Below, piece after piece: positions 44,839 through 59,068 of a stretch of 64,000 nt of DNA. The stretch covers positions 1,364,001 to 1,428,000 of the forward strand of contig JAYWIR010000028.1 of the NCBI GenBank assembly GCA_036172245.1, written 5' to 3'. A program made the position numbers and the translations under genes. The notes beneath the pieces were generated by a model. That model saw nothing but the letters and a program-made list of their open reading frames with translations, did no database searches and was not told where the DNA came from. This DNA is from Raillietiella orientalis (taxonomy: Eukaryota). Numbering within the stretch: the stretch's first letter is position 1; every line of letters begins with the position of its first letter.

Positions 44839-45977
44839 ATGTAAATAAATTGACAGACGAAGACGGAAAAATGAAATTTAGTTTAAAAAAATCTTTTTGA
44901 ATTATATAGTAAGCAATAAAAAGGCAAAATCATTCATTGTACGCAGTCTTTGCGTTCACATGGAAATTGAGACGTAACTTATGTTTCTGGAGTGCAATCA
45001 CTGATGATTTGGGTCACTGCTGTTACGATATGGAGTGTGCACTCATGAGAAACTGTGTTTATCGTTGGTTGAAGGGAAGCATTCTCATTACGTCTTTGAG
45101 TGCAATTGAGTAAATGCAGCGCCTATGTACGCAACAAAAAATAAAGGGGATGATCGTTTTTCCCTCATAGGTGTCCAGAAATCGATCAGTTCCCCATTTT
45201 CCGAAAACATTCTCGTAACTTCCATAGTTACCGTCTTCGAAAGCCTTGAGAGCACTCAGTTACTTTTCGATGAGCTCGGAAACTGAGAAGCACCCATGAT
45301 AATATGATGCTTCAGTCATGGGCCATCAATGTTCATGTATGGGTGAAGACGCCTGTCGCAAATTCGTATTTATTCCGACATTTAGCGCTCCGAAAATCAT
45401 TTATTGCAACTAAGATGAAAAAGGCATTTGTCGATAAAGCAAAACATCCATTGCAGCAAAGCATCAATGGCAGCATTTTGGATTCTCGGCAACCTTAGGA
45501 AAGAAAATATGGAAACGCTGCCGATTGGAGTTTCGGATTTTCGTGTACTCGGGAAATCATTTCTCTCGGAAAGCTGTCGAAATTTTTCAAATCAAATTCG
45601 AGGATGGAATTCGTGACACTCGAATTATGAATAAGGTTCCAAGAAGGTAGGAAAGGAAATCAAAAGTAAGCAGATTTCACGTTCGATCGCTCACGGCAGA
45701 AGGGTTCGAGAATACGATCTTCATGCACGTAAAACTAGGAAATAAAAGATGGACTTCTGAAAGGTGACCCCGACATGAACCTGGACTTCAGCTTTAGTAC
45801 GGGAAGATTACTACAGATTCCGTGAGTCCATCGCTTTGTATACTAGGGGGCAATGTATGCAAATAAATAAGAACCTAAAAGGTCTCCATTCGAGAAGAAA
45901 TGAACCAAAGTTCCTAATGCTGCATCTCTAACGAAATCACTAAACGACAGAATCAAAATTCCACTCACCAAAAATTG

Positions 45978-46011
45978 AGATCATTTCGGAAATGTATTTC
46001 CGAAATGATCT
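45978..46011. repeat. 16-bp perfect inverted repeat with 2-nt spacer
   Basis: agatcatttcggaaat-gt-atttccgaaatgatct. Confidence 0.9.
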
Positions 46012-48725
46012 GACATAGCAACGAATAAGATGGTTAAATCCAAATGAAAAAAGGCATCGATTTCAAAAGGAACACATTTTAGGAACGAGTTGAAAAGAAA
46101 ATTGATAATCCCAAGCTACTGAAGGCTTGAGAAGTAATATAATGCTGAATCTGAAACTAACTTATAACGCATTTCATTATCTGAACCACTCTCTTCTTAC
46201 GGCACGAATGCTGCAAGAGAAAAAAGCGTGCATTTCATCCTAGCACGGAGAATTCAGTTCATTTTATCGAAAGAAAATGATCAAGGAGTCAGTGGAAACA
46301 ATGCATCTGATAGCAGTGGATCCAGATATTTATGATACATTTTTGACATTAATCTTAACTGATGCTTAGCTTAAACTTTGATTGCATAATTAACATTTAG
46401 TGTGACGCCAATCTCTGCTAAGGTTCCTTTCCTTTATATTTTCTTCATATTACATTGATGTAGTCTTAAGATTACTATTTAGGTTATTTGGAGGATTAAC
46501 TTCTGCGCATTTTCCTTTCCCACAATCTCAAATCATATTTTCATGCTTCATCATGGCAGCACTCTAGCAACTGATTTGTGTAGTACAATTGCTACAGATG
46601 ATATTGGTGCTTCTCTTGAAAGAGAAGGATTTTCCATTCTCTTTCATTATAACCAGCAGAGAATGATATTCGAGCTTATGTAGTATTCGGACTTGTGGAT
46701 GTTCCATATACAAGCAGCAGCAGTATTATCCCACATAATTCTTTTAATCCGTTTGATTTTTCAATCTTTAAGCAATTATCATCTATCAGATTTAAAATCA
46801 TCTAGTGAATGAGAGAAACAAGACTGTCTTCAAATTCAAAAATACATTGATTTGAAGCGCGAAGAGCAAGAACGACTCTACTGAATATCATTCTTTAAAT
46901 TATACTCAAAGATTTCATGAATTCACATTAATGATCGAGTGCATAAAAAAAGCAATGAGGAAGGAACCGTCGTAAAAATACCATGGTTTAAATTTAGTCT
47001 CATATTATCAAAGGAATAGTAGAACAGAAAAACAGGAAATTCCAGCAAATTCAAAGGTGTATTACAGAAAGAGACGTGTATTATAAAAAAAAGGTTATGG
47101 ATATCTTGAAATTCCAAAGCAGAGGAATAAAAGTGTAAAAAAAAACAAACTGACTTCACATAATACAAACGCTTACAAGTAGGCGCTATAACTACACAGT
47201 TTTGTAAAAGTAAAAGAATATTAGATTCACGGGATTCTTAGCTAAATATTTAGCAACATTCCTTATCATTTACTTTATTGCCAAAAGGACGATGACTTTC
47301 GAGTTTTGTTAAAGACATATCCCATACGTACACCTATATCCAAAATAATTTATAAAAAATCAGCAAAATCAGTTTTCACTTCATATTGGCCAAACACTGT
47401 TTTTTTAATATTCTAGTTTCAAAAGAATTGTATTAGATATGTATGTCTACACGGAGCATGTTTTTTAGATAGACATAAGTAGGTTCACATTTTATAACTG
47501 TTTAAATCAATAGAAGACGTTCCTTCTCATGTAATTGTGGGTTCTTTCATTATTGATGATAATTTTGCAATTGCATTCAATTATGCTGTTATCTTTTGGA
47601 GGAGAGACTTGGAGATGTTCATGCTATTATTTCATATCGTTTCGTTATAGCTGGTTAATGAATTTCTTCACTCTCCAAATTCCTTAGTATTCACTTTTCT
47701 TGATTTCTTTCACCTTTTCATGATTCATAAATGACTCATGATTGATAACTCATAGTTTGCTTTTCTTTTTCTGTATCTACAAAATGCATTTCTTTGGTTA
47801 ATGAGTAATTGATTATTAGAAAGAAATGTCTGCAATATAATTATTCATGCCAACTGCTGTCAAAAAATAAAAAAATTATCATTTTAGGAATATATATCAT
47901 CATGCATTTCAGTTCTTTGAAAGATTAATACTTAGTTCCTTCTTTAATGTGTATGTTCTTTTGTCTTTGCGTTTGTACCTGTGTGTCTTTTAGCATCTTT
48001 ACTTTTAGATTGACCTGAATCTTACTTGAGCTCTAAATCCGTTCTGCTTTTGTTTTTACCTTTTCCACTTGGAATTCGTGCAGGGAACTGTACAAATTCC
48101 AGGTTATAGCTCGTAGGTTCCTGTATCTACACAAAATACTCTTTGTTTTAATTAGATGATATACTTTTCAAACTGCATTTTAATATTTAATGACAGTCCT
48201 AAAGATCATGAAGATTAATTTCTTTTTTTTTTATAACCTTATTTCTCGAACTTTCTCTCAAAATTTTAGATATCTCATTCATTTAGATCACCACGTATGT
48301 AATATTTATTTTTATTTTTTTCCAAGATTCCATTAGTTTTCAACTGTTTTAATAATATGTGCAAATGTGAATTGGAATATGTTCTTTCAATTGCATTAAG
48401 TGATGTTTGTAATTCGTATGTAAAGGTTTGAATAAGTTGATGGATTTTTTTTATTCATTTGGTTGCAAATCTTCGCATGGATGAACTTTAAAAGATGAAC
48501 GTATTAAGATAAACTTTAATAGGTATCAATTCAAATGTGTTACTTGGAAATATAAAGATGAATAGTTTATGTAAATAGGATTTTTGGATTTGAACATTTT
48601 GTAACGATTTATTTTTTAAAAATTTATTACTTAGAAAACTTTGACAATTCTGAGCACGGTAGTTCGGTTCTATTTAAATGCTAGGAGGAGCAAGCAAGGA
48701 ACGGAGCCATTGAAAAGTTAATATT

Positions 48726-48728
48726 ATG
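48726..48728 (+). CDS. LSm2: Candidate ATG-only first coding exon end of LSm2
   Basis: ATG|GTGAGG is the best ATG-adjacent donor I found upstream of LSm2 exon 2, with TATTTAAA ~50 nt upstream. The exon at 54053 starts at LSm2 residue 2, so the Met must come from an upstream exon. Confidence 0.4.
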
Positions 48729-49320
48729 GTGAGGAACTTTGAATTTTTTCGTTGTTGTATGTAAGCATTGTGAGGGATAACTCTTTGAGGGAATAAATTA
48801 GGGATTACGTGTTTGTATATTTATTTAATCAGGACGTGGAAATAGTATAATTATTTAATGGCGAACATGATTCCAACATATTCCAGTTAATTTTAAGGAC
48901 ATTGAATGCTGTCAGTTTTCACAGTGTTCACATCACCCTTCGTAAGCAGTTCTGTGGGCTATTTTTCTCAATTTTTTATAACAGTGATATCTAATTAAGA
49001 GTAGGGTGGTTCATTTTGATTGCAGTTCCAGCTGGAATGAAAATGCAGCTTTTCCTTTTTCGTTTCTGTTTAGCAGTTCTTGACTATTTGGTTGTTCATA
49101 GTGGTTTTTGTTCATAAGATTTGGCGAATTGGCAGCCCCTGTTTTCTAAATATAATAATTAAATTTGTGAACATCAAATTTTTGATAAAAGTTTGTACAT
49201 ATGTGTTTATAAAAGATAGATTTTTTATATTTATTGCAAAATTGTAGTAGCTTTGTGAATCCTTCAGTACTTTTTCAATTGCAGTGGCTTCAACCGTAGT
49301 TTTGGGTATTCTTTCAAGGT

Positions 49321-49346
49321 TCTTACATAAGACTACTTATGTAAGA
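49321..49346. repeat. 11-bp hairpin
   Basis: tcttacataag-acta-cttatgtaaga. Confidence 0.8.
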
Positions 49347-52300
49347 GCTATTATTTAACAGTGTTAAATATGTAGCTGATTCTCTTCATATCAGGCTGGT
49401 TTAACATTTGTTTTTGAACATTTACGGTTGACTTAGTTGCATAAATATGATGGAAAGCTTAGGAAAGTTATGAAAATGTGGGAATCTAAAAAAACAACGC
49501 GTTTTGGTGAATAAAAGTTCCAGGAGATCTAGTGCTGGATTTTATTCCATCTAATTAATAAATACGTGACGAATGTTATTCAATCTAACTGAATTATGTT
49601 AACAGTTTATTGCATGATTCGTTCAAAAATGATTCAGAGTTTTGTTGGTTTTTTTTAAATTGTGGTTTAACATTTGTAATAGATAGGTGAACATCAAAAT
49701 CTTTACATCAAAATGGCATTACATAACAAAAAAAACGTGTTAGTGAATTCCATGCTTGTTTTCATAATTAATTCATTATTGTTATTTCCCATAATTGCAT
49801 TGTGAAACCTTTTTCAGCCATGATGTGTCATGTAAACTCATTATATGCCAGCAACCAGTATCATATGTAATCTGTAGATAAATTGTATGGTTACCTTAAA
49901 TGTTTAATTGGATAAGTATTTAAATGTGCTTTCAACATTTGCTATTGCAAATGGTAAACATGATGTATAATAGTAAATCCTGAAAATAAATGCATTTTAA
50001 TCAGGAATTGTGTTAATCAGAAATATCCTTGCCATCTTGTATGGAGGTTAGCAGACTGTTTACAATTGCTAATCTTTCTAATAGAATTCTGAGTTCAGTT
50101 GAATAGGTATTTGAATTGAACAGATATTTGAATTAAATACTGCTGTCTCAGCTGTTAACAAAATTAGCCAGGAATATTGCTTTCAAGATGATAATGGCCT
50201 TTTTTGGAAACAAGTGCTCTCTATTTTTTATTGTTTTCTAAACTGACTTTATTCAGTCATGCATTTTGCTGATTGTCATGCATGGTAACTCAAAATAGGT
50301 AAATTTAAGACTACATGAAGTAATGTAGATTATTGTTTTATTCTACTTATATGATCAGTGTTTTTAACTGTGAATTATGTTGAAAATTTAATTTTGTTTT
50401 TGGCACAAAGTAGATAAGAAGCTTTATAGAGTTTTAGAAAGATCTGAAAGGTCTCTGAAACAAAAGAATTATTCAATCCATTAAGTAAATACATTATTAA
50501 CTTGTGTTTTTCAAAAGCTTATCATTATAGTTGAAGTTTCATTTGGTACCATCAATGCATAACAAGAAGCAGAATTCTCCGTGTGAATTTTTGCTAATTG
50601 TGGAATAAAATTGTTTGCATCTCTGTACTTCCATTGTTGGTTTGAAAGCCATGTGCTCTGTCATAAATCTAAATTTGGTGTCATTTCTGAGATTTCTTGG
50701 CACAAAGCTAATTTATCTAAGGTTTTGTTTCGTTGTAGGGTTATGTTTTGTAATAATGTGATACTTGTGAAGCTAATTAGCCCATTGCAGGCTTACCTAA
50801 TATTTCTGTTTGATAAATAATAACTTTTGTTCATACCTTCAAAAATAATATTAACAATTCTTGGAGCATGTTTTTTAAGAAGAAATCCTCATTATAAAGT
50901 TCGCAGTTAAATTCTGCAAAATTATCTTTTGTCTTGATTTTAGTCTGAACTATGAAAACTTTTCTATGATTTTGCACATTTGCAACGTGTATACCGAATT
51001 TCATTACTTGTGTGCTGTATTAAATAGATTAATTTGATTTGTGTAATATTTTTTAGACAAGATTTGCAAATCTTCAACTCCTACATGTAGATGACAGACT
51101 TTTTAGGTAATAAAGATGAGTGGAATACAGTATTTCTTGCATTGAGAATTTAGGAGAAAAAAGGCTTGCAAATTTAATAAACAATATTAGTATAAATAAA
51201 AAGAGAACTCTCCGAAGCAAATCGTGAAATTCGAGCAAAATCGCAAGTTTATTTGGTAAAGGATTGATGTTGGTGAAGGAGTGATTTCTTTACTTCAGCA
51301 ATTTTAGTGGTATACAGAATGTACTTATCACTAGAGTTTATTAGGGAACACAAAAATTTCACGAGGAAGTGGTTGTAATGAAAATTTATTTAAAAATTCC
51401 GCTGGAGACTGGAGTAGAGATATTAAGGATTGAATGTTTTCTTCAGTCCTGTGGTAAAATTTAAGTAGTCAGATGAGAATAGTCAAGAAAATACTATCCG
51501 TGAACATATCACAAAAGTCACTGTTTCTAAGAAGATTATAATCTAGAATGCATTTTGAAGACTGTAAAGTTAATTGATTTTGTATTTTGCAGTGATCTGA
51601 GATTGAGCTAAGAGGCTAACGTGTCAATAAGCAGTGCATCTTGTTTTTGAGTTGTATAATTTAATGATGTGGAAATAGTACGACTACCAAGAAAAGAATG
51701 AACTTACGTGAGAACAAAGGAGTTTCTTTAAACGTGTTCACTTTGGAAGTATCTGGTACTTTTCCTTGTGTATGAAATGGTCATCGGTTTTCCTAAAGCA
51801 TCAAGGGAGAAATAAATGTAAATCATTAGCACAAAAATAAAGTATTAGAAAATCAGTTGCTGCCTGAAAGTAGTCCATTTGAAAAACTGTAAATTAATAT
51901 TGAAAATTACCTGTATGTAGATTTCTCAGGTGAAACTGAAAATTTGATGAAAATAAAATTTATGCATTTTGTATTATTTTATGAAATTATGATTATTTCA
52001 TGAGTAAAGCTTGAGAGACCTGAAGTTAGGCAGTATTGAAGTGATGAATGATCAGTAGTATTAAATGGCTCTAAAATAGAAAATAAGTAAAGCTAAAAAT
52101 GCATCTTTTTTAGCTTACAATGTAACTTTAAATGTAATTTTGGATGATCACTTTGTGATGCCTAAAAGTTTGCATTGACAGTGCAAATATTCATAAACAT
52201 GCTGATGTTTTTAAATAAGCAAAAAATTAATAATCAATACAAAAAATAATTTATTATTCAGAATAGTGAAATCACCTGAAAGTAGGTGCTAATAAGAACC

Positions 52301-53361
52301 AGATAAATGTTGGGATGTCTCTATTTTTGTTGAATAGAAATCTTATGATAGGATATGTGGAAACTTTTTATTTGGAAACACAGCATAAATTATCAAACTG
52401 ATACCGTTGCAAAATGATAATAGTTGAATTTCATGATGTTCATACAAAAACACTGATGAAAAGTGTGTTGTCATAAATAATTAAATTTAACAAAGATATG
52501 ATAATTAATTGAGCTAGTTGAGTGTTATTTCTCGATGAATCATTTGTTGCAGTAATGAACATACTTTTTTTTTTTTTTTTTCTTTAAGCAGTAGATAGAT
52601 TTCTTCTTTTTTAGAAAATAACACTTGATTTTATAAGTAATACAGTTAGTATTTATAAGGCCTGAACATTAGATATGAGTAAGCAGATTTTAGATGAAGA
52701 AAGGAGATTTTCTTATTGTTAAGAAATTTATGATGTGTTGAGAAGTGGATCTCCATTCAATGTCTTGAGCAGGCAATTCTATATTATGTATCAAACATAT
52801 TTGATTTCATGGTACACAGTCGTAATTTGTTGGACACTTCATGTGCAGCTGGGTGAATTCTTGGCAAATCCTTAAAAAGTTAAAACTATCGAAAAATTCA
52901 GCATATTATTTGTTATGTATATTACTTTACATTCTGTAGATTTCGGAATCATCTTATAGGTGACCTTGTTAACTTTTTGGCTCTTATTAAATATCATCAT
53001 CGTAAGGTTTGGGGTTAGGTTATTTTCTTTTATTTATGTTTATACTGCATTCCATCATATGTAAATTCAGTTTCTTCAGAGTAGTAGTACTAATCAAGCA
53101 GAATGATTGAACACCAAGTAATATTTACTTTGAAGTATTGAGCTGTTGTTTACTTGACTTTTTCATTGTATATTTTCCATTATTTGACTTTTCCACAGAA
53201 GTGTAGTTCCACATTTGTTGTATAAAGCAAGGATTCTAGTTTTCATCGGTAGTGTTTCATTTGCTGTGAAGTATCAGTTGTCAGTTATTTTCTATTGCAC
53301 ACTATTTAATGAAGTTCTGTTCACACGTGACTGCTTTTACACAAAGTACATTCCAGTGATT

Positions 53362-53395
<34 letters not shown>

Positions 53396-54052
53396 CCATG
53401 TTGAAGTCCGTTTGTAAAATAAGCTACCATTAGTGTAAATCTTTCTTTACATTTTTCAAATCAAAATTGCACGTGTTGTGTATTTTCTTTTGTTCATTTT
53501 TCCAACAATTGATGGTAGAAAATATGCTGTTGTGCTACATAGTTTTTGTTTGCATTCTGATGTTTTTATTCTTTGGAAAAGAAAGCAGAAAAAGTAACTT
53601 GCTATCATTGACATATTGAATAAACTGGTAAACGTGCAGTGTTTTCAGTGGTTATGTAAGTTTCGTCTGTAAAATTTGCACATTTAGAGGCAATGGACAG
53701 TAACATTAGTCGAAGTCAAAATATTTGCTTTAGCTTGTGGCAGTCTCAGAAATTGATCAAAGGGAGAATTGCATGATGTGTAGATAAGACTGACCGTGTC
53801 AAATTTTTACTTAGGATTTGATGTATTGAGAGAGGATTAATATAAAAACATGCAGAGCTGCCCATGCCCATTTTATGTTGGCCTTATGTTTTCGCAGTAT
53901 CATCCTATGTTTCTTATCTTTGCAGAACATTCTATAATTATAGATATTTTACGTATTTTCAGCATATTCCACTGTAGTGTAAGCTGGACAATTTCAGTCC
54001 AGTCTGAATAGGTGAGCTTCTTTGTCTTACAGTACTCTAATTGTTGTTGCAG

Positions 54053-54438
54053 CTGTTCTATTCATTTTTCAAGTCTCTGGTTGGCAAGGATGTGGTGGTG
54101 GAATTGAAGAACGACCTCAGGTGAGATTTGTTGTCTTGGTTTGACCATATTAGTTGTTTGCTGCATGCATTAATTGCAGCATTTGTGGTACATTGCATTC
54201 TGTGGACCAGTATCTCAACATAAAACTGACAGAAATTAGTGTCACCGATCCAGAGAAATATCCACACATGGTGAGTCTTGCAGGGACCATCACTTTTGCA
54301 TGAGCCCTTCAGTTGTCTGTTAAAAACTGCTTCATCCGGGGGTCAGTGGTTCGTTATGTCCAACTACCTGCTGACGAGGTCGATACTCAACTGCTGCAAG
54401 ATGCAGCTAGAAAAGAATCTCAACAGGGAAAACCCTAG
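54053..54438 (+). CDS. LSm2: U6 snRNA-associated Sm-like protein LSm2 (residues 2-95); missed by the ORF track
   Basis: Exons 54053-54120, 54180-54270, 54313-54438 give LFYSFFKSLVGKDVVVELKNDLSICGTLHSVDQYLNIKLTEISVTDPEKYPHMLSVKNCFIRGSVVRYVQLPADEVDTQLLQDAARKESQQGKP*, near-identical to animal LSm2 as I recall it. Introns are 59 and 42 nt. AATAAA at 54467-54472. Confidence 0.96.
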
Positions 54439-56807
54439 TCTACAGTCTCTTGTTATGGTATTAACGAATAAAGTTCTCTGATGAGTTCTTACCTGCTTTC
54501 AACTTTTATGCATCTTTCGGATGCCCCAATATAGTACGCATTTTGTGTTTGAATACCGACATTTTTCTTCCATGACTTTACTGAAATTCTTTCTACTTAC
54601 ATGAGCTATCAGATTGAAAGTCTCTGTAATTTTATTGTCACCATGTATATACAGAATAGCAACCAACTTTACCATATTTAAGATCATTGGCCGCAGTACT
54701 ATATAGAAATGTATTGAAGCAATGCTGGTGCACTGTATGAATTCATCCAAAAAAATATTCACTTTATTTCACGCCCTGAAGTTATTGGAAATTAAAAATT
54801 TTTTCTTTTCATATAGTAAATTCCCCACTTCAGACATCACTGCTCTATTTGATACTGTGGAGCTTCAAATGCTCGGGTTTATCTGTAGCATCTTGCCACT
54901 TGAATTTTGTTATGCCGCAGCCCTTTGTTATTCAGCTGATTTTTTTTTTTTTTTTCTCTCCCCCCCCCCCAATTAATTTTTCGATCACGAAGGTAAAATA
55001 TAACGTTCAGTTGTGTGAAAGTGTGATTACGAATAAAACCGTATTCTTCCCATTCGAGCGAGTGAATATTTTGTGTACACGAACCGAGCTTGCAGACTGA
55101 TTCCAGTGATTGAAAAGATTGCGATGCCAGTGCTTCGTTTCTCATTAGTTCGTCCAAACGAAGAGAATGCGTGAGATACACCTACGCACTGCTCCGTTAA
55201 CCCTGGGCTGTCGCAATTCCATAGATGGTCATCTCAGTACATATTGTCTGGAAATAATGTGGGTGATTGCAGTATGAACAGGTAGTCGCATTAAGGTTTG
55301 TCCACCTGGTAGTGATCCCATCATTTCTGCCGAATATCAACGAGGTATATGTGCAGGTAGGCGCGCTGTTTCCTTGTACCCCATTTGCAGTGAAAGATAT
55401 AGGTCGTTATTATTCCCAGAGTTGTTTTCGAATGCTGCAATTTTTTTTGCCTTTTTTTTTTTTTCGTTGTTGTTGTTGTTGTTGTTGTTTCCCCCCCCCC
55501 TTCCCCTCTGGTGATACGTAGGATGTGACAATTAAGGTCTAAGGGGGAAAACGTGAAGAGTGTGTGCACTTTGGCAATGTTTGCATGGCAATGTTCATGT
55601 GGTGTTTTAGCAGTTTTGTGTAAATGTGGATTAGGTTGTTTCCATGTTTTTTTTTTTTTTTTTTTTTTTTCCCCTTTGAAAAGTAATAGACGATGTAGTT
55701 CGTGTTTTTATCATGTAAGACAACGTATTCGACAGCGTTTCGTGTAAGTTTTGCTGCACGTAGATATATGTGTATATGTATGTATATATATATGTATATA
55801 TATATATAGGTAGATAGATAGAAGATACATATATATATATATTTCCATTTGATTCCAGAGCTCCAGAATGTGCATTTCGTTTTTTGCGTGCTCACTGAAA
55901 TAGGAAAATCTGTGTTTTGCTTTCTCTTACAAATTCGGGTTTCAACGCGTTAATTTCTGTATTTGTAATTTGAATCATTTTCTCAACCCAATTGCCCCTT
56001 CTCAAGCAGCAATTTGCTTATCGGTACTGATAAGCAAAATTGGTACGTGATTTCGTCTGTACGTGATGTTCCTTTTTACGTCCGTGTTGTTTTATGGGCA
56101 GTTTTTTTTTTTTTTTTTTTTTTCCTTTCCCCCTTTGGGGGGGGGGGGGAGGAAATGAAATTCCCTATTCACATGCGAGTGCTTCCATTCGAAATTTGCA
56201 TTTGGTTTCCGCGTACGCAGATGGTTTTCATAATTCTGGAACTCGAAAAACGACTGAGTGGGTGTTCGTTTGAACTTTCGTTTTTACGCGTGGGTAGCAG
56301 GGAGGATGAAGACATGGGTTCCTCTTCTTTTCTTTTTCTTCTTTTTTTTTCCTTTCTTTCTTTCTTTCCTTTTTTTTTTTTTTTCTCTCCTGCGGTTCTA
56401 AGCCCGATGAAGAGCTCTCAAGTCCTGACTCGGAACAAAACAGCTTCCTTTTTTCTCCCCCCCCCCCCCATCCCCACCCCTTCCCTATTGGAAATGTACC
56501 GAAGAATCGTCTACTTTTTTTCCTCGGGGAAGTAACGGAACAGCTATTTGTCCCCATTCCGTCAAAGTGCTTCGTATGCTGGGCAACCGTGTTGAATCCG
56601 AGAAGCAGAAAATGCACGAAATTCATGCGAACTCATATCCGTACCTTAACTCGTGTACGTTAGCGTTCGGAGCCGTTGCGTTTCGTGCGGTTTGTACTCG
56701 TGAATCCGTACACGCTGCATTCTCCCATCCGCAAATCTCAGGACCACTTTGTATCCGGCTGTAAGCAGTTTTGTGGCGGATGAGTGCACGTCCAGTGTAT
56801 ATATATA

Positions 56808-56811
<4 letters not shown>

Positions 56812-56838
<27 letters not shown>

Positions 56839-58494
56839 ATTTTCCCTCCATACACATTTCACTATCTCGAAATGACGTCCGATTCGTTTATGGCCGAGGG
56901 AGATGCAGCCGCTCCTGCGGCTGGGAAGTGAGTCGGGCGATGCGATTCCTCTTCGGGACGGAACGTGTGTGTGTCCTGGACCTTGTTTATGGTGTGACTA
57001 CTTTGTAACCTCAGGATAACCTATTTCCTTCTTCCCACTTGACACGAGCGAGATGATGGCGCGTGTCACGTGCTCATAATAGTGGTTCCGTGCTAATTAC
57101 AATCCCCTCCCGTAGGCTCATTATGGGGATTATGGGAATACGGAATCACATATTACCTTTCAATGAATGGAAAGCAACCGCATAGTAACAAAGTGAAGGA
57201 ATGGAAAGTATTTTTTTTTTTTTGCAAAAAAAAAAAAAAAAAAACCCTCCATTTTCTTTATTTTCGGAAAGGCGAAAGGGTTCACGAAAGAGTGTGTAGA
57301 TGAGTACTGTAAGTTGACTTTCGTTAAGATGTTTTCAGAACGGACCGTCTGTGTTCCCTTTCGTGGGCGAACCGAGCTGAAGAGGCTGAGATTCGTGAAA
57401 TGGAGCCGAGGCTGGGCATGAAAAACGAAACGAGGTGGTCGCTTTCGAAATTGGGTCGGACGTGGAACTCGGGCGCGCTTTCGCGGTCGATTCCGTCTGT
57501 TTCGAGGAGGGAGGAACGGTGTGGTTCTGTGCTTCGTCACTCACTGTCTTGCAGAGAGGAGGAGGACGCGTTGCCCACTCTCCTCTGCCTCTTACGGCAC
57601 TCGAGGAGGCGAGCCGTGCGTCCCGGGCTTGTGGGACGCGGATGGAACACGGGGGGAAGATCGTGGACCGGAAAGGAGCCCTGGCCGGATCTCGAGGCAA
57701 AGGCCTCACGACGACTGCAGTCGGTCCGGTCTTTCTTGGCACGTGTTCTTCCGTATGGTGCACGCTGTGGCAGTCGTGTCCAGCAAGCACGAGGCGTTTC
57801 CTACACAGCACCGGCGAGGCTGTGTCGGCTCACAGAGTTCACTTTTGCTTTTGTTCCTCACAGACGAGCGGACCGGTCCGTTCCTTTCACGGCAGGAAAC
57901 GGAGGGTATTCGTCTGTTCCGGGTGGTCGCTTCGGGAGACCATCCTTGGGTTCTTCTTGCTGCCAAGCGCGCGTCTTCCTCCGTCCTCCTGCCGTGGTGT
58001 TTCGAAGGCTTGCAAAAGTGTGCGGCGTGCTCTTGCTCGGGGGGGGGGGGTCCCCATGTGCTTTCATATAGAATGACAGTGAATTGAAAATGTAACGTTT
58101 TGCAGCCCTTTACTGCCACATCGTTTCACAAAACAAACACAGTCCAAAGTGGATGCCGAATAATTGCAAACAGCTTTAGGGAGGTGGTTTCTAATTAGAC
58201 ACTTGGATAAAGTATGTGGTTCCAATAATATATAATCTCCACACGCATTAATGTGGTATGTGACGGTTCATAGGCATCATTGCTATGATCGACGACGACA
58301 AGTAAAAAATTTTCCTTTCTGGAGGCATAGACATTTTCAGGTTGACTTTTTTTTTTATCTTGAAAAACTTTGAAGCCAAAAGAAGAGCTAATTTTCAGAT
58401 TACACGCAAACGATGGGATTATTAGGATATACATTACTTTCGTTCATTTTCTTCATTACCTGTGCAACTCGCTGCAGGTAAATTCGTTACTATC

Positions 58495-58526
<32 letters not shown>

Positions 58527-58666
58527 ACGTATGTAATATGAGTGGCCTCGTTTGTAGTTGTCCCATTCTGTTATGACGACGCCATGTTTTTTCTATAACT
58601 TTTCCTTCTTGCGTTCATTTTTGGAAGAAATGTCTTCAATCTGTTGGTTTGCATGCAGATTATGTT

Positions 58667-58716
<50 letters not shown>

Positions 58717-59068
58717 GCAGTGAATGCGATGATACAATGTGCTGTTGAGCAACCCGTCTGCCGTTCTACTAGTCTTGGAGACTTTGTCTACCGTGCACCG
58801 GATAGCCAAAAGTAGAATAGTGGCGTTTGAATTTTCCCTAATTTTGATCCTCAGTGCTTCCCAGTTGCATGGTGGTTCTTCCAACACGCAGAGCCGAGAA
58901 GCTCCGTCGGTGAACGACTCCTGTGGCCCCACTTCCTACGATGTCTTTTTGGGAGGATCGTGCAATCCCACCACATGGAGGAAGGACATTGCTGTTCCCT
59001 TATTAGAACTGTGGCGTTTCACATATTTCAATCCGGTAATGATGCATTTCCAATATTTCACGAGTCGG

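Noticed and set aside
52142..52207. Box C/D snoRNA candidate
   Set aside because: Imperfect C box, no terminal stem and no recognisable rRNA-complementary guide.
57335..58119. Overlapping 137-223 aa ORFs
   Set aside because: A local GC-rich patch open in several frames with no recognisable motif.
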